A stretch of DNA of 64,000 bases, taken from NCBI GenBank assembly GCA_905178155.1, contig CAJINV010000005.1, forward strand, positions 7,742,989 to 7,806,988. The letters are read 5' to 3'. Source of the stretch: Amoebophrya sp. A120 (lineage: Eukaryota; Protista; Dinoflagellata). Numbering within the stretch: the first letter of the stretch is position 1; each line of letters opens with the position of its first letter. Below, in pieces: positions 13,901 through 26,000 of the stretch. The position numbers and the translations under genes were made by a program. A model generated the notes under the pieces. It was not told the DNA's origin, did not search any database, and worked only from the letters and a program-made list of their open reading frames with translations.

Positions 13901-14279
13901 TGGGCTGACACTCTCCACGCCGGCCCGATTTGCTATGGCGTTCTCAAACGTTACATTCTCAACTGTTACATGGATTTGTCATGCAAAAATACCATGACCA
14001 TCCACAAGATCAAGCTGCTTCGCATGACAAATTTGCGACGGGCTAAACAGCACCAAAATCTGCGCAAAATTTCTCTTGCAAAAGGCGCAATCTTCCTTCT
14101 TTCACTTTTTCCATTCTTGCATCACAAATTCATGTTACGCTTGAGAATGTAACAGTTGAGAACGCCATATTTGCGGAGAGGCGCAGGACCGGTTTTTTTA
14201 CCCGCACGGTGCCGCACATCTCACAGGAATGCGCACTCTCCTCGTTGAGGAACGTGCAGGCGTCGCAGGCCCAGGTCAT
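4952..14279 (-). CDS. NZF/RanBP2-type Zn finger + three UBX-like domains + C-terminal RING-H2; putative p97/CDC48-adaptor E3 ligase
   Basis: Start MTWACDACTFLNEESAHSCEMC; UBX-like segments ...GFPPFK..TLREAGVVPSGCLIL, ...LAFPPRTVF..., KIRIRLPDG...GLFPLGGTILIV (needs GT-AG intron 7696-8363); RING-H2 CAICQCPF..LECFHRFHKNCI..QCPVC, stop at 4952-4954. 16 introners + 2 GT-AG introns. Confidence 0.75.
5006..5286. mobile_element. Introner family B
   Basis: TIR TAT-N4-TGCAAAAATGTCTGG; TSD agtcc/agccc; splits the RING. Confidence 0.9.
5393..5654. mobile_element. Introner family B
   Basis: TIR; TSD ctctt. Confidence 0.9.
5914..6185. mobile_element. Introner family B
   Basis: TIR; TSD eroded (catcg/cggca) but +5 removal keeps frame; near-identical to 41872-42140. 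Confidence 0.85.
6247..6400. mobile_element. Introner family A
   Basis: TIR; TSD ctgtt. Confidence 0.9.
6589..6738. mobile_element. Introner family A
   Basis: TIR; TSD tgctc/tgctg. Confidence 0.9.
6893..7119 (-). other. Canonical GT-AG intron
   Basis: CAAG|GTACTG ... CCGTAG|GT; removes an in-frame stop. Confidence 0.7.
7186..7447. mobile_element. Introner family B
   Basis: TIR; TSD cggac/cggaa. Confidence 0.85.
7491..7640. mobile_element. Introner family A
   Basis: TIR; TSD ggttg/tgtcg. Confidence 0.9.
7696..8363 (-). other. Canonical GT-AG intron containing an introner remnant (~7908-7980)
   Basis: GCG|GTATGA ... TATCAG|GTC; joins the two halves of the third UBX-like domain. Confidence 0.7.
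9324..9521. mobile_element. Introner, single-copy family M (B-related ends)
   Basis: TATGCACCGCAAACATGT...ACATGTTTGCAACTGATA; TSD gcggg/gcggt. Confidence 0.8.
9604..9917. mobile_element. Introner family F
   Basis: TIR TATCA..GGAAAA.TCCCCCTCCCCATAT; TSD atttt; similar to 29434-29746. Confidence 0.9.
10524..10790. mobile_element. Introner family B
   Basis: TIR; TSD atcag. Confidence 0.9.
10850..11001. mobile_element. Introner family A
   Basis: TIR; TSD gcatc. Confidence 0.9.
12285..12444. mobile_element. Introner family A
   Basis: TIR; TSD cagag. Confidence 0.85.
13032..13192. mobile_element. Introner family A
   Basis: TIR; TSD gtcgg. Confidence 0.9.
13229..13377. mobile_element. Introner family A
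   Basis: TIR; TSD ggtcc. Confidence 0.9.
13431..13572. mobile_element. Introner family A
   Basis: TIR; TSD ccaat. Confidence 0.9.
13934..14169. mobile_element. Introner family C
   Basis: TIR TATGGCGTTCTCAA..GTTACATTCTCAA; TSD tttgc. Confidence 0.9.
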
Positions 14280-15670
14280 GTTTAGTGATTTATTTTCCTT
14301 CGATAAATTTCAAGTTTTGTTTCGTGTCTGTACCGAGGGGAAGGGGCAACTAATTTATTTTCGAGAAAGGATTACACACAACCACTTTCTTACCCACTCC
14401 TACATCGGAAGGTAGATTTTTAACATCACGCGGATACAATTTCTACAATACCAACCTTGGTCATCTTGCAACCACTGATAATCTTCTAAAACTACAGGAT
14501 TTTCAAACAAAATTTCGTCACAGAGAACGACTCGGCCGCACGGACCAACTAGATCAATAAACTGATTTACCGCGATTCATCGAATCAGGCCTGTGTCTGT
14601 GAGTGTGACGCGAGCAAAGAAATAACAATCGACTTCGAATCGAGTTTCAACGTAGTTCATCCGAATGCTGGCAATGGATTCAACTTCAAGTTCAAATTCA
14701 AGTTCAACCTCTTACGTGAGATAATTAGGATCAACGAAAGCAAAAAAACGCCCATAGAAGTTCCGTGCAGCAGCTTTTTTCTTTTGCACTTTTGAAAGGA
14801 TAAGGACTCAAATAGATGGCATGGTCCTCTCCGGAAACTTTTGACACACAGGCAATTCTAATTAATTTAGGCAAAAAAATCAGTTTTGATATCACTTGTG
14901 CTATCTTCATCGACCTTGTGGCTTTTAGCTTGTTTTTGTTTGACGCTGAAGTAGCGTTTTATCTTGGTCTTGTCCGCTCCATGGGCATGCATGTTCTTGA
15001 GGAGATCCGGCAAGTTTTTGGGGTTTAGACAACAAGAACTGATGAATCCACCAAATATTTGCAGCAATAGCAATACGGCCACAACTCCCTACATTTTCAT
15101 CCAACCTGGAAAACCTCAAGTACAACGACCACCCTTCAAAAAACAAACTTATCATGGCAGAAACGCAGAAAGAGAAAACCCGGTAATGTTGGAAATGCAA
15201 TTGAGGAAACAAGCTTACCAGGTATCACTGACGGCTTTTGCTGCCTGGCTTCTTTTATTCTTGGACGAACACGACTGCGACACGGATAGCAGGAAAAAGC
15301 TAGAGCAGCAGTTCGCTGTTCGTAGCTGAAGTTTCATATTGTTCATTGGCCCAATTCATCAATTTCATTTTCATGCTCATGGCTGTTTCGTCTGCCAATG
15401 CACGATCAGCCCTGGCTTGGTACATTTTGTTTTTCTTTTTCCGAGTACAAGAAAATTGAGTTGACTCAAAGAAAGCGCTAGTACCGCACGCACAATCAAA
15501 AGCCGTCGCCGTCCTGTGTTGTCATTACTTACAAAACAAGACCCTCCTGTGACAGAATGTACAGGTGGAAGTACAACATTTCGTTAGATTTAGAAGCTTC
15601 GATAGCTCAATCTTGGATTCAAGTTTACTTTTCGTTTTCCTCTGAAGAAGATCATTTTTATCTCCGATAT

Positions 15671-18600
15671 TCATTTCACCGCAGCCTCGATTTTCTTCAG
15701 CAACACCGAGCGAAAATCTAGCACCGGTCTTGGATCGTGACGCGCATGGTGGACATTTCCACCGCCCGCTGCGCCTAGTGCTGACGAAGAACCTGAGTTA
15801 CAACTTGTCTCGCCCCGACTACTAGATGAAAAACCGACCGAAAAGTCTTCCTCCCGCAAGACGAGTAATTTCCAGCCCAGTTTCCGTATCAGCCGGTGCT
15901 TGAACAGACTCATTCCGTCCTGCTTCCCGTCAGATAGAAAATGTTTGCCGCCCCGCCCGTCGATCTCGATGGCCAGGTTTAGATCTGGTAAGAGCAAGTC
16001 GATCAGCAGGAGGTCGTCGGAATTCTCGAGCGTTTATCCTGTGCAAAGTCTCGTACTAGTAGTAATCGCAGCCATGCATTACAAGTCTCCATCCCATGGT
16101 AGATCAGCATGAAAAATTCCATTTCTCATGCTAAGCGAATTTGTCATGCGGTTTTGATTTATACTAGTACGTTACTTTTGCAATGCATAGTGTGGCCTCC
16201 GCGACTACTGTGTTCACGTTCGGCATTTGTTTCTCGGATTTCAAAATTTGGTACAACTGTTTGTGGAGCCGGTTGCAGGCTGGCAGGTGCCGCTTCGAGG
16301 TGAGAAGGGCCGTGTCAGTTGTAGATGTGGTCTTTTTCGAAGAGAAGTTTGGATCACTGCTTGCAGCAGGACTTGGGGGAAGAGAACGACGGGAAACTCC
16401 GCCCTGTTCAAGCTGCTGTGCGCTTCCTTTCGTAGAGATCACCGAGCCGTCCCCGTCTCCTCCGTCGTGGCATGACAGGTTCTCTTGTTCATTCCGAGCC
16501 TGCTCCCTAAACAAGCGCAGACACAATCTGACGTACCCTAACTGCGTTTTCTCCATGTCTGGGAGCTGCTGCAGAAGAGTGTCGTGTGTGTTGGTATTTC
16601 TCGTAAAATTTCCGTAATGCCGGTCCTCTGCCGTGCTCCTGCATGACAAACTGTCAACATTCACTTCTGACGCGAGTCCACTATTCCGCAAAACCTTCTC
16701 GGCTAATTTGTAGTGTTCCAATGCGCACAGAGACCACGCAACACACACAAAGTTGCGGAGTTGGAGTTTTGTCAGCTTCTTGCTGTGGTGTCTCCTTTGC
16801 CCACTGCCACCAACACCATGACCATTTGCAGCGTTTTCACTTACCAACTGGTCGTCTTTCTCGTCCAAAAGGAAAGGCCTCAACCCTTTATCTAAGTGTT
16901 TCTCCGGCCTATACCCATCGAAGTTTAACACCGCGAAACCGAAGATCATGGAGACAAAGTCTCGGCTGGTCGTGCACGCGGTCAAGGACAGTTGCTCCAA
17001 TAGCTCTTTATCCGTAATCCGGTTTTGCGCCAGCGTGTAGCACGCGATAGAAGCGATGGAAGAGGCGAGCGATTTGTTGTGTTTTCTCTGCGTCAGGGAT
17101 AACAGACACAGAGACGGCTGCTGGTAGCTACCACTAGAAGAGCCACCAGCTCCCAGAAGTTGCTCGAGAACTGACTTCAGAAAACCGGAGTTTACCAGAA
17201 ACGCCAAGAAATTCTTCGCATCCCGATTCGTCGTCGTGTCCCACTTTGGGGTTTTAAGACTACTATTCCCGTGGGTAAAATTGGAATGCGCAACCCCCGG
17301 GGTGATTTCTTGTCGCGACAGTGCGGCGAGAATCGTTCTCACGTCTTGGATATGAATTGCAAAAGTATCGCACTCGTATAAATGCAAGCCTTGCATTACA
17401 AATCTTGTTCCCAAGACAAAGCTGCATTACAAATTTTATTATTATTTCTAATGCTGAGAACATTTGTAATGCATTTATACGAGTACGATACTTTTGCAGT
17501 TCATACTGGAACCGGAGCTGGGTGATGGCGGCGGGATGGAGATCATGATTTTTTTCTCGTGCGGAAGATAAAGTTGTAATGATCCTGTGTAAAAACGTCC
17601 CCACTCCATAGTTGTCATGCTAAACAAAATGCGACACACTTTGCCCCCCCATTGTGCCATGGCCGCAGATGGCTTGAGACGCAGGGAGGGTGGGTCAGGC
17701 GGACACCAAAGTGCCATCGCCATCATCTCCCGGCCACTATATTCCAACTCTGTTTATCGCCACCTGCCAACTTGCCAACTCCATAGTTGTCATGCAACTC
17801 TGCATGCTTAGCATGTTTCTCATGCGGGGCCCCATGAGAAGCGTTTTCTGATGCGGTTTTGAAGTTTGTCAATGTCATGCTCCAATCAGCATGAGAAACT
17901 AGATCTGTAATGCTGCTGAACTAGCTCAAACAGCACTACACTACGCGTCCAAATTTGTCATGCCGAACAACCAAAGCTGTGTGATTTGTCTAGCAGATTT
18001 CCCAAGTTGACTCTGGTGTGGGGACGTTTTTACACAGGATAGTAGTTCTTACATCCTGGAACCGGAGCTGGTTGATGGCGGCGGGATGGAGATCATTATG
18101 TCCACCTTGTGGGGAAGAAGAAGAAGTAGTAGTGTCTGACACTAAGCACGTTGTACTCGTGTATTTGCAATTTTTCTCCACCAGCTCCACAACTCTTTGG
18201 AAGGCCAAGTTTTGCATCTGCCTCAATATCGTCAGAACCGTCGCTTTGGACATCTCGTTGGCCGCTTGCGGCTGCGAAATATGCATTGCAAAAGTTTATC
18301 GTACTCGTACTAATTGCACCCATGCATGACAAAGTCCTTCACGTTGAGCCAAATCAGCATTACAAATTGCATTTGTAATGATCATCATGATGCTGAGAAT
18401 AACCTTTGTAATGCAATAAATCTACGAATCCGAAGATAAACTTTCACACTGGATACGAAAACGCAAGGGCAAATTTGGATAGAGCGTTGATCACACCCGC
18501 TAATGCAGTGAAGGCCGAGCTTATGAGAGTGCACAACTCCTCCTCCCCCTCTTTTGTAGTGCATGAACAGCAATACAAACACCAGTACACGTGGAGCCAG

Positions 18601-20443
18601 TGCATGACAAACCCTCCATGCGCCGAGTGTAGTGCCGTTTGGGCTTCCGGAGTCTGTCATGCAAACAATGCCACAGGGAAGCACTTGGAACTGGAAGTGG
18701 GGTTTTGCATGACAAATGAAGGGGAGGGGGGGTGTGCAATCTCATAGAGCTGAAGTTGGTCACGGTTTTGGTGTTCCTCGTTTGATGGCCGCGTAGTTCT
18801 GCATGTTCGACAAATGAATCAGAATCCTGCTCGGCACCAGATGTTCTTCTTCCCACTTCATCTTGCTCCTGTTCTTGTTTCACTCCAGTACCAGTGTCTG
18901 CATGATCTCTATCTGTATCTGGCAGCACGTCAAATAGAATCCCCTGCTTTATCAAATCGTCTTTCCGGGCGACCAACAGCTTCTGAATTTCAAACAGAAA
19001 CAACTTGGACGCTTCCTCGAAGTGGGTTAAATTCGCTGCATGGTTGATGTTAAAATTGTTTCTGTTGATGTTCTTCGACAGCGTCGCGCTTGATCTGGAG
19101 TCGCCTCCATGATCTCCTTCCCATGCCACGACCTGCGAAAACTGCGCGGCGCTCGTGGAGGCCGCGAGGACTGAACTCGGTAGGTAGTAATCTGCTAAAA
19201 TGCCAATAAAGGTCGCGATCGTCCGGTAAGAGCTGTTGAACCCGTTATCTCTGCTGTTCCGCGGTTCCCACTTTCTCTGTCGCAGCTCCGTGAGTAAAGC
19301 GACGAAAACTTTCTCCAGTTTCGCGTTTTTTTGCTGGGAGTTGTAGTTTGTCATGCGAGAATGAGAAGAAGAAGCTGTCTGCGCTGTCGAACTGCCGGCA
19401 GCAAGCTTGATAAACCGGATTCCGAAAGCGTACAGCAGCTGTGCTAAACTCTCGAGGGAATAATCCTTCAACGCGGTCGTGGTGGCCGTTGTGCGAGAAG
19501 TACTTGCAGATGAAGTTCTTTGCGCCGTTGTAGCAGCGAAGGAGCTATGATCTTCTTCTGCCTCCTCAGGGGCACCATCCTCTACTTTTCTGTTCGTCTT
19601 AACAATCGTGGCATCCGCCAATACGCGAGCCTCCGCCTGGGAGAAAACGAAGTCGAGGATTTTCCCGGCAAGCTCATGCTTATTCGGTAAATTCGTTGTA
19701 ACTCCTCCTCGAGCGGAGCAGTTACTGGCAGAATTCGTCATGCCATACTGCAAGACATCTTCATCTCGACAACTGCCCCCACCATTATCATTCGGCGGGT
19801 TCCGTGCGTGTTGATTCTGCTCAAAGTAGCAGCTTTTCGCCACCGACCAGAGAGTCAGTGTGAAGTCAAAGCTGCTGCAAGTCTGCAGAATCCCCACGTC
19901 TTGTTGGAACAAGTTCCGGAGCAAGCCGATGGCTTTCGCCTCGTTCCCCGTTCTCGCGCAGGTGACTAGCTCCTTGATGTTGAACGACATAGAGTCGGCG
20001 CCTTCATGTTGTTCCTGTTCCATTTGCATGCTATTCGTATTTGAACTTGTCCGCGGCGATGTGAACGCATGATTGCACTGTCCGACAGGATCGTGGTACA
20101 ACTGGCGGCCGTCAGATGTTCTCGCGGGAGGTGCGGGGGGCGCAGCCACTGTCATCTGCGGAGATGGTGGACAAAGGGCACTTCCAAAGGCTCTCCGTTG
20201 ACCAACATGAGGAGCATGAATGGATGGGTTCCTACACTGCTCGTGTGCTACCGGATGAAGAACAGGAATGGCGGGAAAGCTCCCTGCCGCCCCGGCAACG
20301 ATATCAGAAGCCGTTGCTCTTGTCACGGTGGTGCCATCTTCAATTCTTGGCACTGACAAGCCAGCCGCGTGGCGGCGGTACGCGCAACAACGTTGCGGCG
20401 CATGTGCCGGGGGACGAACAAAACGCGATCGCAAAGCAGGCAT
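15671..20443 (-). CDS. RAP-domain (FASTK-like) RNA-binding protein, probably organelle-targeted
   Basis: C-terminus IDLLLPDLNLAIEIDG..HF..DGMSLFKHRLIRKLGWKLLVL matches the RAP domain pattern; Arg-rich, acid-free N-terminus; 5 introners removed in frame. Confidence 0.8.
16035..16189. mobile_element. Introner family A
   Basis: TIR; TSD gcgtt/gtgtg. Confidence 0.85.
17351..17505. mobile_element. Introner family A (filled site; empty paralogous site at 18056)
   Basis: TIR; TSD ttgga/ctgga. Confidence 0.9.
17581..18041. mobile_element. Introner family D with 157-bp nested insert
   Basis: TIR (G)ATCCTGTGTAAAAACGTCCCCAC; TSD gtaat/gtagt. Confidence 0.85.
18280..18455. mobile_element. Introner family A (diverged)
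   Basis: TIR; TSD cgaaa. Confidence 0.85.
18522..18746. mobile_element. Introner family E
   Basis: TIR TATGAGAGTGCACAACTCC.CCTCCCC; TSD gagct. Confidence 0.9.
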
Positions 20444-20779
20444 ATTGATATTGCTTCTGGCTACTTCACTTTGGAAAAACTCTGCGCCAACAGCCGCCAG
20501 TTCCAGTTTTATGCAGCTCTTATCATCATCGATCTGGGTCTAACTAATAGAACGAAATAGAAGCAGAAAGATAGACTACAACTTCAACGGCCACGAGGGC
20601 GGTGCGGCTTGGCTTTAGGGTTAGCAGTAACAGCACGATTGCGAATACAAACGAAAGTAATAAGTCCAAAGGCAACGAACAGTACGGGCGTACACCCAAC
20701 GCCAGCTCAATCGCTATTCCAGGGCATTTGCGCACAGGGTCGCGTCAGACAGTGACATACTCAACGGCCAACGAGGGTC

Positions 20780-22750
20780 ATCCTAAAAGGTAAAGGTCAG
20801 CAACAAGCCCACACGCATAATGGCACGCAGGCAACTAACACACACGGCCCTGGCCCGGGCGCGCGACCTGCAATGGGCGGGCGCGCGCGGCGGCCAACCT
20901 ATGGCAGCGCCAAAACAAAAGAGCCGCGCAAGCGGCCCGCCGGGAGGGTCGGCGACCGGCGGCCGCCCGAGTCGCCGATATGGCAGGAAACGCCCACGCC
21001 TAACAAACCCTACCCGCGCAGCAGGTTGAGTAACCGAAAACGAGAGCAACGAACGCCACCGCTCGGCGTTGAAAAGCGACGCCCACCATATTGCACGGGC
21101 GCGCGCGGCGCACGCTATCGAGAAACCCGCAGGGGGCTGGTGCCAGAAGGCCAGACCCGCCACACGATCAGAGGGCGCGGACCTGCTCAAACGGATCACC
21201 TTGCCAGGCAGGGGTCCCCAAGAAGGCAATCGGCCTCGTGCTGGGCGCGACAAGGTCCCCAGCCTGCAGACCCTGGGGGCCCGCGTGGACATCGCGCCAG
21301 GCGTTGCGGCACCCCGCGACCTGGCTGCCTGCCCGTCGTCCGTTTGGCCGGCGCCGAACCAACGCCGCGCGCCGCGCCCCATGCCGGCGGGTCACGGACG
21401 GGGGAACGACCGGCGGCATGCTCAAGATGGACGAAATCAGCCGCATAGGTGGCCACGTTCGCCATTGTCGCGAACTGGTCGTCGAACTGCGCGACGTCAA
21501 GCTCTTCGGGATCGGGAAAGCTCAGCATTAGGCTCGCGAGCGGGGAGTGGGGGAAATCACAGAGCCTGGCCCTCAATCTCTGGAACTGCGCCGCCTCCGC
21601 ACCGCCGTCGTTTGTATAGGCTTCCGCCCCCTGCAGTTGTTCCAAGGAGGCGCGCCTGCGCTGCGTGAGGTATTCGCCAGGACCGGGCGCAAGGTGGGCC
21701 ATTTGCGTCTGTGGGGGCCGGAGAGATTCATTGAAACGATCGCGGCCGCCCCGACGCCGGGGGGCACTACGGCAGGCAGGCCACAAACAACCGCCCGCGG
21801 GGGCAACAGGCCGGAGGCTGGGGCCCATGGGTTGTCGCCCTCCTCGGCCGCAAAGGTAAGCCCGCGGCCCCTCCAACTAAGTAACACTTTCCGCAATCGG
21901 CTTCGGCCTGATCCACGTCGCCGCCTGCTCCGCTTCGCATCTGCTTCCAAAAGTGCGCCATTTTGCGCGCGCTGCCTCGCTTGTGGGCAAACCATTCGGC
22001 CTGCCTCGCTTGTGGGCAAACCATTCTGCCGCGCTTGGGCCGCGAGTGAGCAAGCGCGGCGCGCTTGCTCACTCTCGGCGGGCTATCACAGTCGCCGGCG
22101 CCACCGTGCGGGAAAAGCAGAAACACTCGGGCCATGCCACCGCCCGGCCGCACGGCAATGGGCGCGCGGCCTAGCCTGGCGCGCTTTTGCCGATTCCCTG
22201 CCGCCCCGGCCGTATTTGGTAGAAAGCCCAAAGCCAAAAGCCTTCACGCCCTGCGCCCGCAGGGCCTTCGTCGATTTGCGGCGCTACGTCTACACGAAAC
22301 AGCCCGCGCCCATCCGTAGCGGCGGACCTGCCATCCAAGTCCCACAAGTAGGCACGCGCGTGAAACACACGGGGCGCGCATCGGTTGCGCAGAGCTGGCG
22401 GGCCTTGCGCCTGTTTTCGGCCTCCTTGCCGGTCCAAAATTAAAGGCCGCGCGGAACTGGCACCAGCGGAGCGCAGGCGACCCCACCAGAGGGCCGGCAA
22501 AAATTGGCCAAAGCGCAGAAGCGGGAAGAGTTGCCTGCGCCTGCCAACATCTTGCGCCTGTCCTCGATGTTTTTCCAACCGGCGGGCCCAATAACTCGGC
22601 GCGCATTTGTTCCCCCCGAAGAATAAAACGAGGCAGCAGCTCGGCGAGGTAGCAGCTCGACGACGGTGCCTTTGCCACTTCCATCATACTCTTCTTGCCA
22701 CATTCGTCAGCGAGAAGCAGCTTCAGAGCCGCCCCCGAAAGAACACGCGG
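20780..22750. mobile_element. GC-rich intergenic block, possible decayed transposon
   Basis: Abrupt GC rise, broken ORFs, 26-bp tandem duplication 21972-22026; no diagnostic domain recognised. Confidence 0.3.
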
Positions 22751-23074
22751 AGGACATTAGCATTACTCCATGTTCATACGCGTCCAATTTTATTTTCCAT
22801 CACGAATTAGGACGGAATCTTTAAAGTTGTATCTTCGATGCGTTCTTCCTCTTCACTAATTCGCGTTTTTTGTCGTTCTTTTGCTTCATCAAACAATCAC
22901 TTCGATGAAGCCTTCTGATAGAATTTTTGTCAACATCATCTGAAACAAACTTTACCCTATGCTCAACTTCTTCTACTTCGAGTTTACAACTTACACTTCA
23001 ACTTTTAATCTTATTCATCAGGCTGACAGTCTCATAGCTACAGCACACCCCCTACTACTTTTCCTTCGTCATCG

Positions 23075-26000
23075 TCAACTTCCACCCATCCCATACACGA
23101 CGGCCCCTCCTCCGCCCGCCTTCACTTTGATCACGCCATTTTCCTCATCCACCACCGCTTTACTCACGGCGACCCCTGGAGGAAATAACGTCATCGAGGA
23201 CCCGTTGTTCCTGCCTTGCTTCCCCCGGCCTTTACTTTTCCCCAGCTTGTTGTTCCCCGCCGCGCCTCCAAAAGCTCCTCCTGTCCTCTCGTGCAACGGC
23301 GAGTAGCCAAAAACACCCTTCCTTTCCAGCGCGTAGAACTCACTCATGCCCTGCAGGATGTCCTGGCCCACGATGGTGAGGCTCGACTCTAAAAACCGGC
23401 TGTGAAACTTCATCGCGTTGGTGATGATCGTGATCGGGGTGGTAAGTGCGAAGATCGGCAGTTCCGTGTAGGGCTTCTCCTGGGAAAGTTTTCGCAAGCA
23501 GAAGGTCGCGGGCAGGTGACGAATCATCGTCGTCGAGATTTGCGCGACGGGCGAGAGTTGTGCTTGCGTTTCTTGGGAAGAAGGTGCCAATCCTGTGTAG
23601 TGGTTTGGTGTTCTTCTACCACTTCTACTTTCACCGGTTTTATTCGACGTTGCGGCAGAAGTGACGGTAGTAGAAGTGGCTCCTGCTGGTCTACTCTTCA
23701 TCTTCTCCTGCTCGTCCACCATTTGTTGCACTTCCTCCGCCTGTACTAGTCTCGACGCCTGCTTGGTCTCCATCTCGAGCGCAGAATCGAAAAACGAAAA
23801 CCAAAGTCGGGACAAGTCCTCGTTTGTCAGCACTCCTGCGTTTCGATCGCAGTACTGGTCCGCATTGGTGATCAGTTTCGTTGTGACAAAATAGTCACTT
23901 TTGCTTTTGTTCCCCATCACCGAAGATCCAGGAATTTTAAAATCCTCTACCGCCCGCGCTCCGGCCGTATTGTTGTCCCCCTCGTGTTCTTCTTCTCCGG
24001 TGATGTTCCTGGTGCCAACATGATCAAGCAGCAAAAGATGGCCAATTTCGGTTCTAAACTGGCGCACAAACAACTGGATCGCCCGAGCGTGGTCCCCGAC
24101 TTTTTCCAACAGCCAAATTGCTCCGTCGATGATCGTGCTAGAGGAAGCGGAGGGGGGCGATGGTGTTGATCTCTTATTCAGACTATTTATTCCGGAACCT
24201 GTTGTCATGTTGCCGATCGTGATTCCAGTTGTACGACCCGCCTTGCCTGACAGTGCACCAGAAGCTGACCCTGCACCTGCTTGTTGTTCCTGTTCCTCTT
24301 GCAACTTGAGCAAACACTCCCGCAGCGCCTCCTCCACCGGTAGAATGGATTCGAATTCCAGGATATCAAATGCAAATGTGTCTGGGACTGGAATATTAAA
24401 CTTGTAATGCTAGGTGGACAATCTTGGGGACGTCCCGATTGGTGGCCAGGCATGACAAGGTTTTGAGCTGCTAGGTACTATGCCTGTTCTGCATGGCAAA
24501 CTGCGTTCTTTCCAGCGCAGCACAGAAATTATAAACTCGAATGCTTGATGACTAACGCGCATGACAGACTTGAGAGTCATACTGGCTGAGCATGACAAAC
24601 TCTGCATTCTTCCAGAGACATATTTGCAACGCATACAGGAAAAAATCAAACACGTTCTCCGGCTCCTGGTCGATCATCAGCTTTGTGAACGAAAGGATTA
24701 TGCAATGCAAAAGCATCTTAATACTACGTGTACCGAAAAATCGCATGACAAACTTTCTCGAGAACAAGAGACTATAGAATTCGTCATGCGGATTCAGTTA
24801 GTAACTAACCAGATTTGTCATGCGTGATTATACGATTAGTACGAGTGGGATCATGCTTTTGCAGTGGATATGGATGTACGACTGGCAAAACTGGAGCTCC
24901 GTGGACGTTTTCGTTGCTCTCAAGGTACTAATATGCATTGCAAAAGTTTCGTACTCGTAGTATTGCAATACAAATTAGCTCAGCATGACAAATGGAATTT
25001 GCCATGCTGATTTAGCTTGAAAAATAAATTTGTAATGCTAATGCATAACTGCAATTTTTAGCACGAGTACGATACTTTTGCAGTTCATAACTAGTTGTGT
25101 TTTGATTGGCACCTTGATGCTCTGCGTCCTGCTGTTCTTGTTTATTCCCGCCCGCTGCGGTCCTAGTAGTTCCTGTCGTAGCTATTCCATGATGCGACGT
25201 TTTCAACACTTATCCACAGTAAACTTCCCGCACACGTACAAATGCGGTCTCTGCATGACAAAACTTGGCTTCGATCCTAGTATAGCATAACAAGTTTTAC
25301 TACGCTCCAAATTGGTGAAATTTGTGATGCATTTTGTACATGTACGGGAAATTTGTATTGAATAACACTCCATCATGGTCCATACCACTCCCCCCGCTAG
25401 TTGTACTTCTGGTCGAAAACAAGTGTTTGAAAAATTTGATCTGCAAGTGCGGCAAATTCTTCGTCAGTGCGTCAGCGATCTGCTTGTAATCAGACTGAAA
25501 AAGTTCCTTTCCCGCGATCAAGATGATTTCGCAGGTTTTTTCCAAGTCGATCTGTTCTAATTTTTTCAGTAATTCGTTGTTATCCTCGGTAAAAACGCGC
25601 CAGAGGTGGCTGTTCTGTCGCTTCGCGGGGGACGAGTTCGATTTGTCGTTGTTGTTTTTGATCAGTTGCGTCAAATATTCAAACAGCCCCGCGGTCGCCT
25701 TCGCTCGGGAGCCCTGGTCGGAAGGCATTGAAGATGCGAGGGTTGTGGTTGCAGCAACTGCTCCGGACCCTCCTGATGATGAAGCGAGATCGTTTATTTG
25801 CGTAGGATTTCTGCTCGCATTTTTTCCCTCTACGACCTTCGCTGGGCTCGCGGTCCGGAGCTGCAGCTCGTACAATTTGAGCCTGGAATTGATATCCCAG
25901 GAAAAAACAATGTAGGCGTAAGTTTTATTGGAGGCACAGCATTACAAATCTGTCTGGCATGAAAACAAAAATCTGTCATGCGCAGAGCGTACGGGAAAAC

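Noticed and set aside
14816-15329. Short overlapping ORFs in the spacer
   Set aside because: No motif support; likely intergenic.
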